From Octopus vulgaris (lineage: Eukaryota): 64,000 nt of DNA. Below the pieces are notes generated by a model. The model worked only from the letters and a program-made list of their open reading frames with translations. It was not told the origin of the DNA and made no database searches. The stretch is taken from the NCBI GenBank assembly GCA_951406725.2, contig OX597840.1, positions 38,998,001-39,062,000 on the forward strand. Reading direction: 5' to 3'. Both the position numbers and the translations under genes were made by a program. Below, piece after piece: positions 15,621 through 31,082 of this stretch. The first letter of the stretch is position 1. Each line of letters begins with the position of its first letter.

Positions 15621-16414
15621 CCTTTTGTAGCATACGAGGAAGAATGGTGACGTCTCCCACCCAAAGGATTTTGCACACACGGCGTTATTTTGGCTGGAAA
15701 ACATAAAGTCGGATACTTTTTAAGCTCATGGAGCATATACAAGCAGTCGTGTCATATCGGAAAGGACAGCAAACGTTTCATAATTATGAAATACGTAGTT
15801 TTATATGAATGTTGTACGTGGTTAATAAATTTGCTAGAAATAGGAGTCATATCTCCTTGAAATCACACTGCTTCTCATTCAAAAAGTACTTTTAATAATG
15901 AGAACAGCGGAAGAGTTAGTGCTTGGGTGGTTCTCTCTACTCGATCGTGGCTTTCCTGATGTTCGAACTCAAAAACGACGTTGCTTTAAATTTGCAGAGT
16001 GTACACGACAGACGGTGGGTCACACAACATTTGATAAGCCAGACTACATTTTGGCAAAAGAATTTTTCTGTAGCAAAATCTAATATTTTGGAACATGATT
16101 CTGTCAATAGCGATATTTCTACAGACAAGGGTTACAGATTTTCAAAAGAGAGACGAACAGATATCCATTGTCATATTCGTCATCTCAAATATTGAGAACC
16201 AGTCATTGTCCGGCTGAGAATCTATAACTAACGACGCCATTGTTGCTACACACATACTCACGAGCGTACACACATGCACACAATATATTGTTTGTGTGTA
16301 TATGCGTGTATTTATATAATATATATATATATACACACACACATGCACATGGATATATACATATATATATATATATATATAAACATATGTTTATTTTTAT
16401 TCCTAGACTTACAC

Positions 16415-16473
<59 letters not shown>

Positions 16474-16629
16474 CATATATATATACATATATATATATAT
16501 GTATGTGTGTGCGTGTATGTATGTATGTGTGTATGTATATGTGTGCGTGTATGTATATGTGTGTGTGTGTGTCTGTATGAATATGGACGCGTAAGCAAAT
16601 ACCATGTTGGCATTCGTATGTATTTTTAC

Positions 16630-16667
<38 letters not shown>

Positions 16668-16733
16668 ATGTATGTAAGTATATGAATATATAAAAATATA
16701 TATGTTTACAAATATATATATGTATATACATAG

Positions 16734-16783
<50 letters not shown>

Positions 16784-17189
16784 GTATATATATATATGTA
16801 TATATATATGTATATATATATATGCATATATATTTATGTGTACGCGTGTGTATCTACGTGTGTGTGCGTGTATGTATGTATGTATGTGTGTGTGTGTGTG
16901 TGTGTATGAATAGGGACGCGTAAGCAAGTTCCATGTTGGCATTCGCATGGATATCTGTTGAGTAATATGGACACAATGGAAAATAATTATGCAGAGACAC
17001 AGATGCGAACATGTAGATATGGATGTGACGTCGGATAGATTTGTAGGACATGAGCGGTGGTGGTGGTGGTGGGGGTTGGAGTTTGAGGTCTGGGAAGAGG
17101 GAAGAGGTGTGAGGAGGTGACAAATGGACCAGGGAGAGCGGGAGACGAAGAGGGAGCAGAAGGAGAGAAGTAAGATGGAAAAGAATAGT

Positions 17190-17269
17190 CAATAAAAATA
17201 TAGAAAAGGAGAGGGAGAGAGACAGAGGAGAGGAAAAAAGTATAAGAAGCCGAAGAAGAAAGAGAAGAA

Positions 17270-17308
<39 letters not shown>

Positions 17309-17830
17309 TGAGAAGAAGAAATAGGAGAGGGAGTTAAATGAGAAGAAAAAGGAAAAGTAGAGAAGAAAGAAGAACAAGAAGAACAAGAAGAAGAAGAAGA
17401 AGAAAGATGAAGAAGAAGGAGAAGAGAGAAGAGAAAGAAGAAGAAGAAGAAGAAAGAGGAGAAGAAGAAAAAGAAGTAAAAGGAGAAGAAGAAGAAGAAG
17501 AAGAAGAAGGAGAAGAAGAAGAAGAAGAAGAAGAAGGAAGAAGGAACAAGAAGAAAAAGAAGAAGAAGAAGGAGATGGAAGAAGTAGAAGCGGAAGAAGA
17601 AGAAGAAGAAGAGAAGGAGAAAATGAGAAGTAAAACAAGAAGAAGAAGAAGAAGAAGAAGAAGAAGAAGAACAAGAAGAAGAAGAAGGAGTAGAAGGAGA
17701 AGAAGAAGAAGAAGAAGAAGAAGAAGAAGAAGAAGAAGGAGAAGGAGAAAGAAGAAGAACAAGATGAAGAAGAAAAAATTGAAGAAGGAGGAGTAGATGA
17801 AGAAATAGAAAAAGGAGAAGAAGAAGAAAT
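17190..17830 (+). repeat. (GAA)n polypurine tract
   Basis: About 640 bp of imperfect GAA/GGA repeats. Confidence 0.95.
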
Positions 17831-18363
17831 GGTGTAATGCAAGAGAGAGAGAGATAGAGATACAGAGAGAGATGCAGTGTGAATAGGTATGAAGATAGAT
17901 TGGTGAGAATAACCAAGTAAAAGAATTATAAATGTGTAGGAGATCTGCCACTGGTTCCATGTGGAGACATAAATGTCCCATCTCACTCGCTCTCACATCA
18001 GAACATATCTGCTTAGAAACACATATTAATACGGGCGTACAGTGCTCAATACATACTCATGTATATATACATACGTGCGCACCTTTCATACAATTGTGTA
18101 GAAATATGTAGGCTGATATCGGGATAAACGTACGTGGCGTATTATGTATTTGTATGTAGATACGCTCATGTCACGTGCGTGTACTATCACGTGATTATTT
18201 TATGGACATATATACGTAGGTTTGTATTATACACGCTTTTGTAACATGTAGGTTTGCAAGAGCTTTCATAATCAATGCGATGAATGCAAAGATGTTTGAA
18301 GATGTATATATACTAATATACAGAGACATATCGTAGATAGGGACATACAGGAAGAGAGTGATG

Positions 18364-18394
<31 letters not shown>

Positions 18395-18705
18395 TCGGAG
18401 TGAGTATGTGAGAGAGAAATCAGTTGGTAGGTATTTGAGCACTTATACATTCGTAGATGTGCATAGGCACTTACTTGCATTGTGTTATACACACATACAT
18501 ACATACATACATATATATATATATATATGTGTGTGTGTGTATGTGTGTACGTGTATGTAAGTATGTAATTATGTATGCATTTGTGTCTATGTGTGTTTGT
18601 AAATGTATATATATATATACATACATACAAACACACATATATACATATGCATGCATACACATGCACACACATATTTATATATCTTTCCCTATATCTATAT
18701 CTATC

Positions 18706-18771
<66 letters not shown>

Positions 18772-18782
18772 TATATATATAA

Positions 18783-18952
<170 letters not shown>

Positions 18953-20426
18953 CAGACAGACATATAGATAGGTAGACAGACACATAGATAATCAGGGTTG
19001 TGATATATAGACCAATCAGAAAGGCGACTAATATTTCTAATACATACATACATAGATACATACATACACAGAGTCCTCATAGTCACGTATATATACAGAC
19101 AAATACACTGACATCCGCATACGCAGACATTCATTTTAAGAACTGGAGACAGTGAATTGGTTCTATAACAATGAACGAAACACTAGGAATTGTGACTTTA
19201 TCATGCTCATACGTACAAGTATCAAAGATATATTTGTCTGTTTAGACACATTCATACATACATGCACAGGGATATATATATATCTAGAGTTTGGTACATG
19301 TTCGCTGATACTTAGAGGAATAAAGACGCATATATTGCATATTTCCGGGTTTTTATCACGTGCATATACATCACAATATACTTATGCGCACGTATATATA
19401 GTCTATACATATTCACAGGCATATCTATAGAGAAACATCAGTTGCGTACACATTCATATGAGTAAGAGATGAATCATATTTAATCTAACTATCTACACAC
19501 ATACGTAAATATTCCTGTTGTGCATAGCTAATACGATCTCACACACATGTACATATATAGGGAAATAATGTGAGAACGAGAGAGAAGAAGAGAGACAAAC
19601 GTGTTGATATCATTAGGGATAACTCGCAAGGAATGAGTGGTTAATCCTCTACTACTGCTATAATACGGGTATTTTTCTTCTACTCCTGCAGATAATACGG
19701 GTATTTCTTTACGACCATTCCAATTGCACGTAATCCCTATATCACTTTTCCATCTCAGCATGATAATATACGGGTATGTGAACATACAGAGCATCATTAA
19801 ATTATAACACGGCAATACACCCGTAATGTCTTTTTTCTCTGCAAAATATGGAAGCCATTGCGCTCACTACTGGGGTAGGAATCGGTATTATGCAATTTTA
19901 ATTAGAAATCCGTTTGTGAGACCAGAATTACCAAACAATGCGAATATTTTCAATGGCCGGGAATCGAATCGAGATTGGTCAAAAGTTAAAATAACATTTG
20001 ATGCATTTCCTCTCAGATCTTCGCCATTCTGGCTGATATCATTGTTGTTGTTGCTGCTGCTGTTCGTATTAATGTCATCCCTCTTAATGCTTTTCATATT
20101 GAATTTATTCTTGTTGATGTTGTTGTTATAATTACGGATTTTGCTTAATTCGAAATGTACTCCGAACGAGCATGGATGACAACACTGGCCAACAAAATTT
20201 TTGTTGCATTGATACCGACAACTCGTATTACCTAATTTCAATATACTAGATTCAAACATCCAGTTTGGCTTTCTCTGTAAAGTAGATCTTTTGTAATCAA
20301 GTTTGTTAATCATTTTATTTTTTATATAATTTCCAAATTTCGAACATTTTCCGTGATATGATGTAACACATTTGATGATGTTCTAGTTATACTATCTTCG
20401 AACATGGAGGAAAATAAATTTCTATG

Positions 20427-20473
<47 letters not shown>

Positions 20474-20478
<5 letters not shown>

Positions 20479-21660
20479 GGAACAAAGCGCAATAGAGGAC
20501 AATAAAACGTTCGGCCCGATAGACGATAGAAAGGCGGACAAGAGAAACAACAATTAGAAGGATAGGCAAAATTAGACGGGTCGTTCTTACATTTCGTTCA
20601 TCAGTCAAGTCCTAGAATTCACGCCCATTTCAGGCAGTTACGGCTGCCCCCTCAAAAGTCTAAGCTAAGAGCATTGCATCCCTTTTTCAAGAAAGCTAGC
20701 GAATGTGTGCGGCAACAAAAACAAAAGACAAACAAAAAAAACGAGAACATGGTACATAATTACGTTTACAAACAACAAGAAGTAACAACTGGCGTCTTTC
20801 GACTGAGAACGAATCAAATTGAGCTGGCGTGCATGAAATGGAAGCATAAACGCAGGCACATAGGAGATGGACACAAGGGGTGTTGGCGGTTGGCAGTCAG
20901 GCCAAGAAAGAAAGATCATTAGCTGGCCGGACACCGGTCATGTGGAAGAAAAGATGGGTAGGGGACAGCGGGATTGGAAAATCTGGTGAGAGATAAATAT
21001 GAAACTACTCGTAGCCGTTTAACACATGCATTGAGACCTTTAAATAATGATATATACATACATACTTATATACACACACATACACACACGCACACACACT
21101 GATAAGATTATCGTATGGCACCTACTGTTTGATAAGACAATGGAACAAAATACTTTGACATTTAAACATCTACTACTATACCCATACATATAAATATACG
21201 TGCATGCATACATACAATCATGCATGCTTACATACATATATACATATGCAATCTTACATACATAGATACATACATACATACAAATATGTATACATATATA
21301 TCTCAGTCGAAAGACGACTTTTTATATTTCTTGTTGATTGTATTCGTAGTTCTGTACTATGTTCTCCGTTTTTTTTTTTCGTTTCTTTATTATTTTTGTC
21401 TTTGTTGCCGTATACATTCGCTAGTATACTTACAAAGGGATCTAATGCTCTTAGCTAAGACTTTTGGGAGAGCAACCAGATGGAACCATCTCAAGATAAA
21501 CTGCCCGAAATGGTCGTAAATTCTAGGACTTGACTGATGAAAGAGAGCCAAGGATGACTCGACTTTTTTTACCTCTCCTTCTAATTGTTGTGTTTCTTGT
21601 CCGCCTCTCTATCGTCTATCTCTAAGAACGTTTTAATGCCTTCCATTTTGTTTTTACTTA
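20474..21660. repeat. Diverged inverted pair (~330-bp arms) of a Penelope-like terminal-repeat family
   Basis: 20474-20808 matches 21301-21660, e.g. TTCATCAGTCAAGTCCTAGAATT / AATTCTAGGACTTGACTGATGAA and CGTCTTTCGACTGAGA / TCTCAGTCGAAAGACG. Both outer ends run into (TA)n. Confidence 0.8.
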
Positions 21661-22133
21661 TATATATATATATATATATATATACATAAAATTACATAAT
21701 ATTTATATAAGCAAACCCGAAAGGCTCATAGTATAATAACTGTGTAATAAATGTAAAGAATATATATCATAATGATATTTATTCTTCGAAAACACACACT
21801 GATAGGCACACGTACAAACACACACACACATACACACACACACACAGGATTCTTGCGGCTTGCCAAACTTTTTCGCGTAATGCTAATTTCGCTATGGAAG
21901 AAATTATGCATTAATATGTCCGTTCGTCATTAAACTATACAATTGTATATTCACGAATTAATGCAACTAAAGATAGCTATGCCATCAGATCAGCGGAACA
22001 TCATTGTTACACCGACACATCAACTGTGTTTACGCAAATATGTGCGCACACACCACATAGGTACGCATGTATTGAACACCATTTCAGTAGTTCGTTCCAC
22101 CAAATATATCTTCCTCGCCTCTCTACCTCTTTG

Positions 22134-22214
<81 letters not shown>

Positions 22215-22275
22215 TTCTCTCTCTATCTATCTATCTATTTCTCTCTCTATCTATCTATCTATCTATTTCTCTCTC

Positions 22276-22320
<45 letters not shown>

Positions 22321-22345
22321 CTCTATCTATATATCTCTCTATCTA

Positions 22346-22402
<57 letters not shown>

Positions 22403-23407
22403 GTCTATCTATCCATCTCTCTACCTATCTATCTATTTATCTATCTGTCTATCTATCTGTCTATCTATTTATCTATCTATCTATCTAATATATATACATA
22501 TACACATAGACATTTACACATACATATGTATGAATATATGTACATATTTATGCACACATACACACAAACACACACAAACACACACAAACACACATATATT
22601 TTATTCACACACAAACACACACATCACATACGGACACCCAACGTGATATTGGAAGAGCTGCTTCAAATTTAGAGACGTAGAAAGTATGAAATAACCACAA
22701 ACCAAAACAATGTTATTCCTTCGTTCCTTCTCCAAATTCTCTCTCGAATCTTCTTCTTTATTATGCACACAATGCCCACTGTAATTACACAATTAGCCGA
22801 GTTGGAATCATTTTATTGAAATATCTTACGATCCGTCTATAAATTATTAATATCGTTCAGAACATCACCTACCCGACTCAACCTCAACTTCCACACTTTT
22901 CCAGCCGCCATGTTTACACAACATGAATCTAAACCCAGCTCTGCAACACATAAAAATATACGTTTCCTATTTAATGGTTGTAAATTACCGGAACATATTT
23001 CAAATTAAACCTTTATTTCTCACATTTGGTTTTATTGTCTACTCAACTAGATTTATCTTTGACGACAGCCATGGGTTAAGTATTTTAATTTCATTACAAA
23101 TTATTCGGAAATTCGCCTAACGTTAAATCGTCGTCTAATAAAATCCAAGGGAAGGGAATCTCGGCCTGGTCGATCGGAGTGCTAGAAACACCAGTGAAGT
23201 CGGTCTTCAGTCGTACACTAATTTCTCAGAGATTATGACAGAATGGATATTGCAGTCGTGGAAAGAGATTATTTAATATACAAACGAGGGCTGTTTATTG
23301 CTTGTATGGGGTTGTATACTGCTAGATCGGCTGGAGTGAGAAGGGATTCCTGGGTTTGGGCAACCGAATGCTTCCACAGTTCTCTTGCTCAGGATTGAGT
23401 AATTCTA

Positions 23408-23439
23408 TTCTTCTTCTTCTTCTTCTTCTTCTTTTTCTT

Positions 23440-23470
<31 letters not shown>

Positions 23471-23605
23471 TTATTATTATTCTTCTTCTTCTTCTTCTTC
23501 TTCTTCTTCTTCTTCTTCTCCTCTTCCTCTTCTTCTTCTTCGTCTTCTTCTTCTTCTTCTTCTTCTTCTTCTTCTTCTTCTTCTTCTTCTTCTTCTTCTT
23601 CTTCT

Positions 23606-23667
<62 letters not shown>

Positions 23668-24116
23668 TTCATTTTCATATTATTATTCTTCTTCATTTTC
23701 ATATTCTTCTTCTTCTTCTTCATTTTCATATTCTCTTCTTCTTCTTCTTCTTCTTCTTCTTCTTCTTCATTTTCTTCTTCTTCTTCTTCTTCTTCATCTT
23801 CATCTTCTTCTTCTTCTTCTTCTATTTCTACTTCGTCTTCTCCTTCTTCTCCTTCCTCTTCTTCTTCTTCTTCATTTTCATCATCTTCTACTTCTTCTTC
23901 ATTTTTATCTCTTCTTCTTCCACTTCTTCTTCTTCTTCTTCTTTTTCTTCCTCCCCTTCTTCTTCCTTTCCTTCCCCTTCTTCTTCTCCTTCCTCTTCTT
24001 CTTCTTATCCTTCCTCCTCTTCTTCTTCTTCTTCTTCCTCTTCCTCTTCCTCTTCTTCTTCTTCTTCTTCTTCTTCTTCTTCTTCTTCTTCTTCTTCCTC
24101 TTCCTCTTCTTCTTCT

Positions 24117-24163
<47 letters not shown>

Positions 24164-24175
24164 TTCTTCTTCTTC
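23408..24175 (+). repeat. (TTC)n polypyrimidine tract
   Basis: About 770 bp of imperfect TTC repeats. Confidence 0.95.
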
Positions 24176-25054
24176 CATGTCCAGAGGCGATGGGCGAGTG
24201 GTGCCGGTGGCAGGTCCAGGATGGCGCTGGGAGCTGCTAGTCACGGACCTGTACTCGGGAAAAATGTTTAGCGCCAATTCGTCCGTCTTTACGTTTCGAT
24301 TTCATATTCTAACGAAATACCTTAGCAATAAATGTACTTTTAAGAACAAAACGATCTCAGTGTCTTCTTCTTAACGCCGCTTGGTGATGTTGCCGTTTCT
24401 GTATTGCTACACAACCGCTGTAGTTGCCTTCCGGGCGGCGTCAATTCTTTTGTATCGTCTCAGCTGCCTTTAAGTATTTCCAGATAGAAATCAGTGAAAT
24501 ATGTCAAGAAAAGAAAAGAAGAAAAAAAAGGAAAGAAATAGTAGTTACGGGCGTCTTGACTTGTCTAGTCAACTTGTTTACTTTAAAGCTGACGTCATTC
24601 GAAGGATTGGTTTTTAATTTTCGCGACACTTAAAAACGTGTTTTTTTGTGGCTTGCATGAACGTGAGAAGCAATGCACGAGCGTACGTCAGGCTGAGTTC
24701 TGTGATTGGCAACGAGATTTATAAAGGCATTCTATTTGTGAGCATGTTATTTCTGTGCGTCATAACAACCGTTTCTTTGCCATAGTAACGATGTGTTGTT
24801 GTGATAAAACTTCCACGAAAATACCGTGTCACTTTGTTAATAACAAAGGAAGAAAACGTGAACGAATATCATTTTTAGACACAGCATACACACACACATA
24901 TTTATACACACATATCAACATATACATATATCGTATAAATGTCTGCAATAGAGATATAAGTAGATTATATGTTTTATGTTTGCGTTTTGTGTCAGTCTTT
25001 GGTCCAGGTTTTGGATAATCCGTAACGAAATGCTTAAGTCCCATGACAAAACAG

Positions 25055-25456
25055 TTCTTTTTCTACTCTAGGTACAAGGCCTGAAAATTTATGGGAGGGG
25101 CCAGTCGATTAGATCTACCCTAGTACGCAATTGGTACTTAATCTATCGTCTCCCGAAAGGATGAAAACAAAGTCGCCGACCTCGGCGTAATTTGAACTCA
25201 GAACATAACGGCAGACGAAATACCTATTTCTTTACTACCCACAAGGGGCTAAACACCGAAGGGACAAACAAGGACAGGCAAACGGATTAAGTCGATAATA
25301 ACGACCTCGGTACGTAACTGGTATTTATTTAATCGACCCTGAAAGAATGAAAGGCAAAGTCAACCTCGGCGAAATTTGAACTCAATACGTAAGGGCAGAC
25401 AAAACACCGCCAAGCATTTCGCTCCGCGTGCTAACGATTCTGCCAGCTCGCCGCCT
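25055..25456 (-). mobile_element. SINE family A dimer; the second unit has an alternative tail
   Basis: Two core units. The terminal tail on the minus strand is CAGGCCTTGTACCTAGAGTAGAAAAAGAA. Possible degenerate TSD CCATG(A/T)CA...GTTC. Confidence 0.85.
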
Positions 25457-26494
25457 TCCATGTCATAGAGGTTCGATAATATAGACGGCACATATATCAA
25501 ACATACAACATGTGCTAGGTTCTATTTGAGCAGCTAAGTGCTTCAGGGCGATATCCCAATATATTCGAAGTTCTATGAATGAAGGAGCTAAAAAAATTAA
25601 CTTGTAAATATATTTCGGTCGAGGCCTGCATCAATTGACTTCCTTTCTCATAACATATCCAACAATTTAACACCTATATCTCAGAGTATTTGTCTATCTG
25701 CTCAATTATCTGTATACTAATAACCGCATTCTTCACTTAAACTAATTGTAAAGGTATATCGGGGATATGAAGTTCTTCCAGCTACCCATGTATTAAGAAC
25801 TTTGTAATAAGGCGTGTGTCACGATTTATATTGGACACCATTTTTACCAGCTGTAAAAATATTGGCTGTTTCTTAAAGGACTTTCTGATGTGTTACGGCG
25901 AAAAATGATCAGAGAAAACGAGAATAGGAACTGAATCGTGGAAATCAGGGAATATAGGGATCAGAACTAGGGACAGGGTCTATAGAAGATATAACAATTA
26001 AGAATAAAGAAAGGGGGAACAGGACAGGCTAGAAGCCCTTAGTTATAAGATACAGATTTGAAATAGATGCGAGAAAAGACCGAGGAAAATGTCGTGTACC
26101 AAAACGGAGACCTGAAGTAAATAAGGATAGAATTAGAATCGCTAAACAAGATAGGATTGGTTGAAATATGGACATTGCAAATAATATTGAGAAACAGAGC
26201 CAGAAGAGAAAATGTGACCGAGGAGAATCAAAAAGATTGCCTAAGAATTGACCGGGAATTATGTATGAATGGACTGGCTGGTGTACATCAAACGTGTAGG
26301 AATGGACAGTCTACCGTACCTGAGATACGCCCCGGAATATCGACATTGTTTTTCGTCTTTGCTATTAATTCAAGCTACTTGATGATTGGCATTGCAAGAA
26401 AATTAAACTTGAGTTACATTTCTGATTCTGCAGATAAAAATTAACATGTATGTATATTTGCTCTTGTACAGAAACCTACAAACAATTATATAAC

Positions 26495-26617
<123 letters not shown>

Positions 26618-26636
26618 TAGATAGATAGATAGATAT

Positions 26637-26669
<33 letters not shown>

Positions 26670-26688
26670 GAGATAAATAAATATATAT

Positions 26689-26732
<44 letters not shown>

Positions 26733-26798
26733 TGTGTGTGTGTATGTATGTATATATATGTTACATAAATATATATGTATATATGTACGTACACACGC

Positions 26799-26841
<43 letters not shown>

Positions 26842-27440
26842 TATATATGTGTGTGTCTGGATATATATTTGTGTATGCATGCTTCTATGTATGTATGTAT
26901 GTATGTACGTATGGTTGTATTGCCGGCTTTCAGTTTTCGACAAGCCTATTCACTGAAAAAGACTAAACGATTCCATATACATGTGTGTGTGTGTGTGTGT
27001 GTATGTGCATTCTTATGCTTGCCGTGTGTGCGAGGGAGTGTGTATATGTTTTGTGTGTATGCGTGTCTGAAAATCAAGTTAGCAACGTTCTCTGCCTAAG
27101 TGATTGTCTGAATGTTAAAGTCGTTAATGCCATTTTGGAAAACCTCTGATGTTTTCTAATGCAATTGTTCAGTCGAAGCAACCTCGAAAAGCACCACAAA
27201 CTGGTAAACTTCGCTGATTAAGCTATAAACAAACACATAAATGTATAGACGAACATGTCTCTACATTCAACACGTCTCTCTCTGTCTCTCTGTCTGTCTG
27301 TCTGTCTGTCTCACTCTTTCTCTCATTCTCGCTCACTTTGTCACTCCTGATTTACACACACAAACACACATATATAGGTTAGTAAGTGTGTGTATATATG
27401 TCTATACACACATGGGTGTGGGTCTAGACCTATATGCGGA

Positions 27441-27498
<58 letters not shown>

Positions 27499-27568
27499 AA
27501 TATATATATTTAGATAGATAGATAGATAGATAGATATGTTTGTATATATATATATATATAAATACATC

Positions 27569-27615
<47 letters not shown>

Positions 27616-27657
27616 GTTTATTTAAAGCTGTCCATATATGTATTCTTACACATGCAA

Positions 27658-27690
<33 letters not shown>

Positions 27691-27791
27691 CTAAACGTGA
27701 TCGTAGTCATATCTTAGCAAAATTTGTTGGAAATTTTTTGCGTGGATATACATACACACACCCACATACGTAAATATGGACATATAAGCAA

Positions 27792-27878
<87 letters not shown>

Positions 27879-28484
27879 CAAAATAAAAAGTGTTTTTAAA
27901 ATATGGAATATATTTTCGCAATTTCGTTTCACAATCCTATGCTAACACACCGCACACACACAAACCAATACACTGATATACACACACGCATCAGACGGAC
28001 AGACACTCTCTCTCACACACAATCACATACAGGCACAGAGAGAAAAAGAGAGAAAGAGAGAAAGAAATTGAGTGTGAAAGAGAGAGAGAGTGTGAGAGAG
28101 AACCAGATACCCACAGTGATCACGTGCACTCACACACATGGACAACTTGTATATCTTCTTTGCAAAACAGCAAAATCACACATTGAAGCCACAATCCTAC
28201 ACATTATTTATATGTACATATATTTGAATAAATGTATGAATGTAAGTGTGTAGATGTCAAATATTTTGAAATATTATCACAAATATTGAGCAAATGTCAT
28301 CGATTGGAAGCGTGAGGTAATCTAGAGAATCTTCGTAATAAAATCAAGCAAATTTACCACGTTTCTTTGGCATAATGTCGCAGCTCAAATAGTATGGCGG
28401 CGGACCATAGGTTATCAAGTCAATTTCTTATCTCAGGAAGCAATAGCTTGACAACAGTTGTATTAAATATAAAGACATATATAT

Positions 28485-28594
<110 letters not shown>

Positions 28595-29052
28595 TTGAGT
28601 AGTTGAATGAATTATCTTATTATGGATAATTCGGTTAACCGATACCTGGGTAGCAAATTCACGTCAGAAAAACACGCTTGAAGCTACATGCCTAGGGCAG
28701 AGATCACGTGCTATCGTGTGGAAATTTGTGTTTTTTTAGATAAATATAAATGAAAGAATGGAGTTGAACGACTTTCATTTATTTGTATTTAAAAAAAACA
28801 CATATACATGTATATATAGAACCATATATGTGTGGTATTTATCTATATATCTATGTATTTATATATTTATGTTATACATAAGTTTGTGTGTTATATATTT
28901 ATATATATATTATGTTATTTATATTTGTGTATTTATATTGCTGTTATGTATAAAGTTATAAGTAAAAAGTTGTCAAAACCTTAATTGAAACATCTCGAAA
29001 TGTACTTGGGGTGGGGTCAACATTTGTTAAATTTTTTCCAAGGAGTTCGTTG

Positions 29053-29095
29053 AGTGTGACCCCGAAGTCTCGGATCAGCTGACCTCATCAGTATG
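29053..29095 (-). ncRNA. Decayed hammerhead motif
   Basis: Minus strand CTGATGA-GGTCAGCTGATCC-GAGAC-TTCGGG-GTC. GAAA is mutated to GAGA and stem I no longer pairs. Confidence 0.6.
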
Positions 29096-29182
29096 ATGGA
29101 CCCGGTTCTTCAAAGACACTGTACTATTTCAAATCTATATGCAAGGACATAATCGTACACTTACGTTTGAGGTTTTGTGTGC

Positions 29183-29262
<80 letters not shown>

Positions 29263-29474
29263 TCATATACATATACATATATATATATATAGATATATAT
29301 ATATATATACTGTTTTATAAATTTAACCCTTAAAGGTATTTTTTGATATGCTGGCCTTGATAGAAATTTTTACCAAATATTTTATCCTAAATAAGATGTC
29401 ATATATATATATATATATATATAAATATATCTATATCATATATATCCAGATATATATGTACAAGCACACACACA

Positions 29475-29531
<57 letters not shown>

Positions 29532-29734
29532 GTATACCTATACATCTATAAGTATTTATGTGTTTGTGTATATATATATATATGTGAGTGTGTGTGTCTG
29601 TGTGTAATAATAATTTGTTAAGTAATGAGAAGTAGGACTTGGTATTAATCTTTATGTTGTACAACGGTCGATTCCCTAATCAGACGGGAATAGAGCAAAC
29701 CTGTATGTATAGATGTACTTGACGAGACCCTGAC

Positions 29735-29791
<57 letters not shown>

Positions 29792-30063
29792 CATTTGTAG
29801 ACGTAGAATAGATGCCGAGAAACAAACACACGCACACGCATACGTTTATTGCTGTGCATTCATTTTTACATACACTTTGTTTTTTGACGTTAGGTTTCTC
29901 TCATATAAATTCTTTGCAATGTCTAGCTTTATTCCAGTTTTTGGGACTCTGCTTTCTACGAATAGCTGTTTCTACGAATGTGTGTATATGGTTGTAAGAG
30001 ATTCCTTATATTTCCATTCTGCGTATTTCTTGTATATTTGCATATTTGTTTGTCTGTATACGC

Positions 30064-30161
<98 letters not shown>

Positions 30162-30210
30162 TATGTATTTATATATATATATATATATATGTATATATGC
30201 ATACATATGC

Positions 30211-30265
<55 letters not shown>

Positions 30266-31082
30266 CTTCTACAAGTATTATGTTTCTATGTATTTTACAA
30301 ATATCTCTCCGTGTATGTATGTATGCATGTACGGATTTAGGAGTGTATATATTATGTTTGTAGTTATATTTGTGTATACAAGCTTCAGTATATGTATGAC
30401 AGTGTATATCGTTCTATACGTTCGTATTTGGGTAAGTACTGTGTGTGTATATATGTATATGCGTATACGTGGACTGATGTCTGTATGTGCGTAAGCCATT
30501 CAAGTGTATCTTTCTTAATCACAGGTGAATATTTTATCATGTTTCATCTCTTCGTACCGTCTCCAGACGTCAGACACTAACCCTGGAGATATTTAACACA
30601 AAAAAGAAACAGATTATAAAAAACAGACATTAACTAAAATCTACCAATGTGAGAAGAAAAGAAAGGAAATAAAACAGTATAATTGACATAAGTAACAAAT
30701 TTAAACAATCACCAACAAAGAAGAAGAAAATGATAAACAAAGAAACAAATCAAAACAATTGTTTAATGAAATTCGGTCGCAAAAGTATTTACGAAACGTT
30801 GTTTACGATTTAGCTGTTGTATGATTTCTTGATTGTAACTTTTAATTATTTAATGATCAATATCGACCGGCTGAGAATTTTCATTATTTAGTTTCCACTG
30901 GAGCTTATGAACAAAGGCCTTGTCTATTTGTTCCGAGCCTTTACCGTTTGAGTTCGATTCAAGCCCAGCGAAAGTTGGCCATTCATCTTTCCAAATTTAT
31001 TTTCAAGTTCTTGGACGAGGTCAGCAAAAGCACCGAACAGACAAGTCGATTAAATCTTTCTCAGTATTTATTTTATCGAGTT

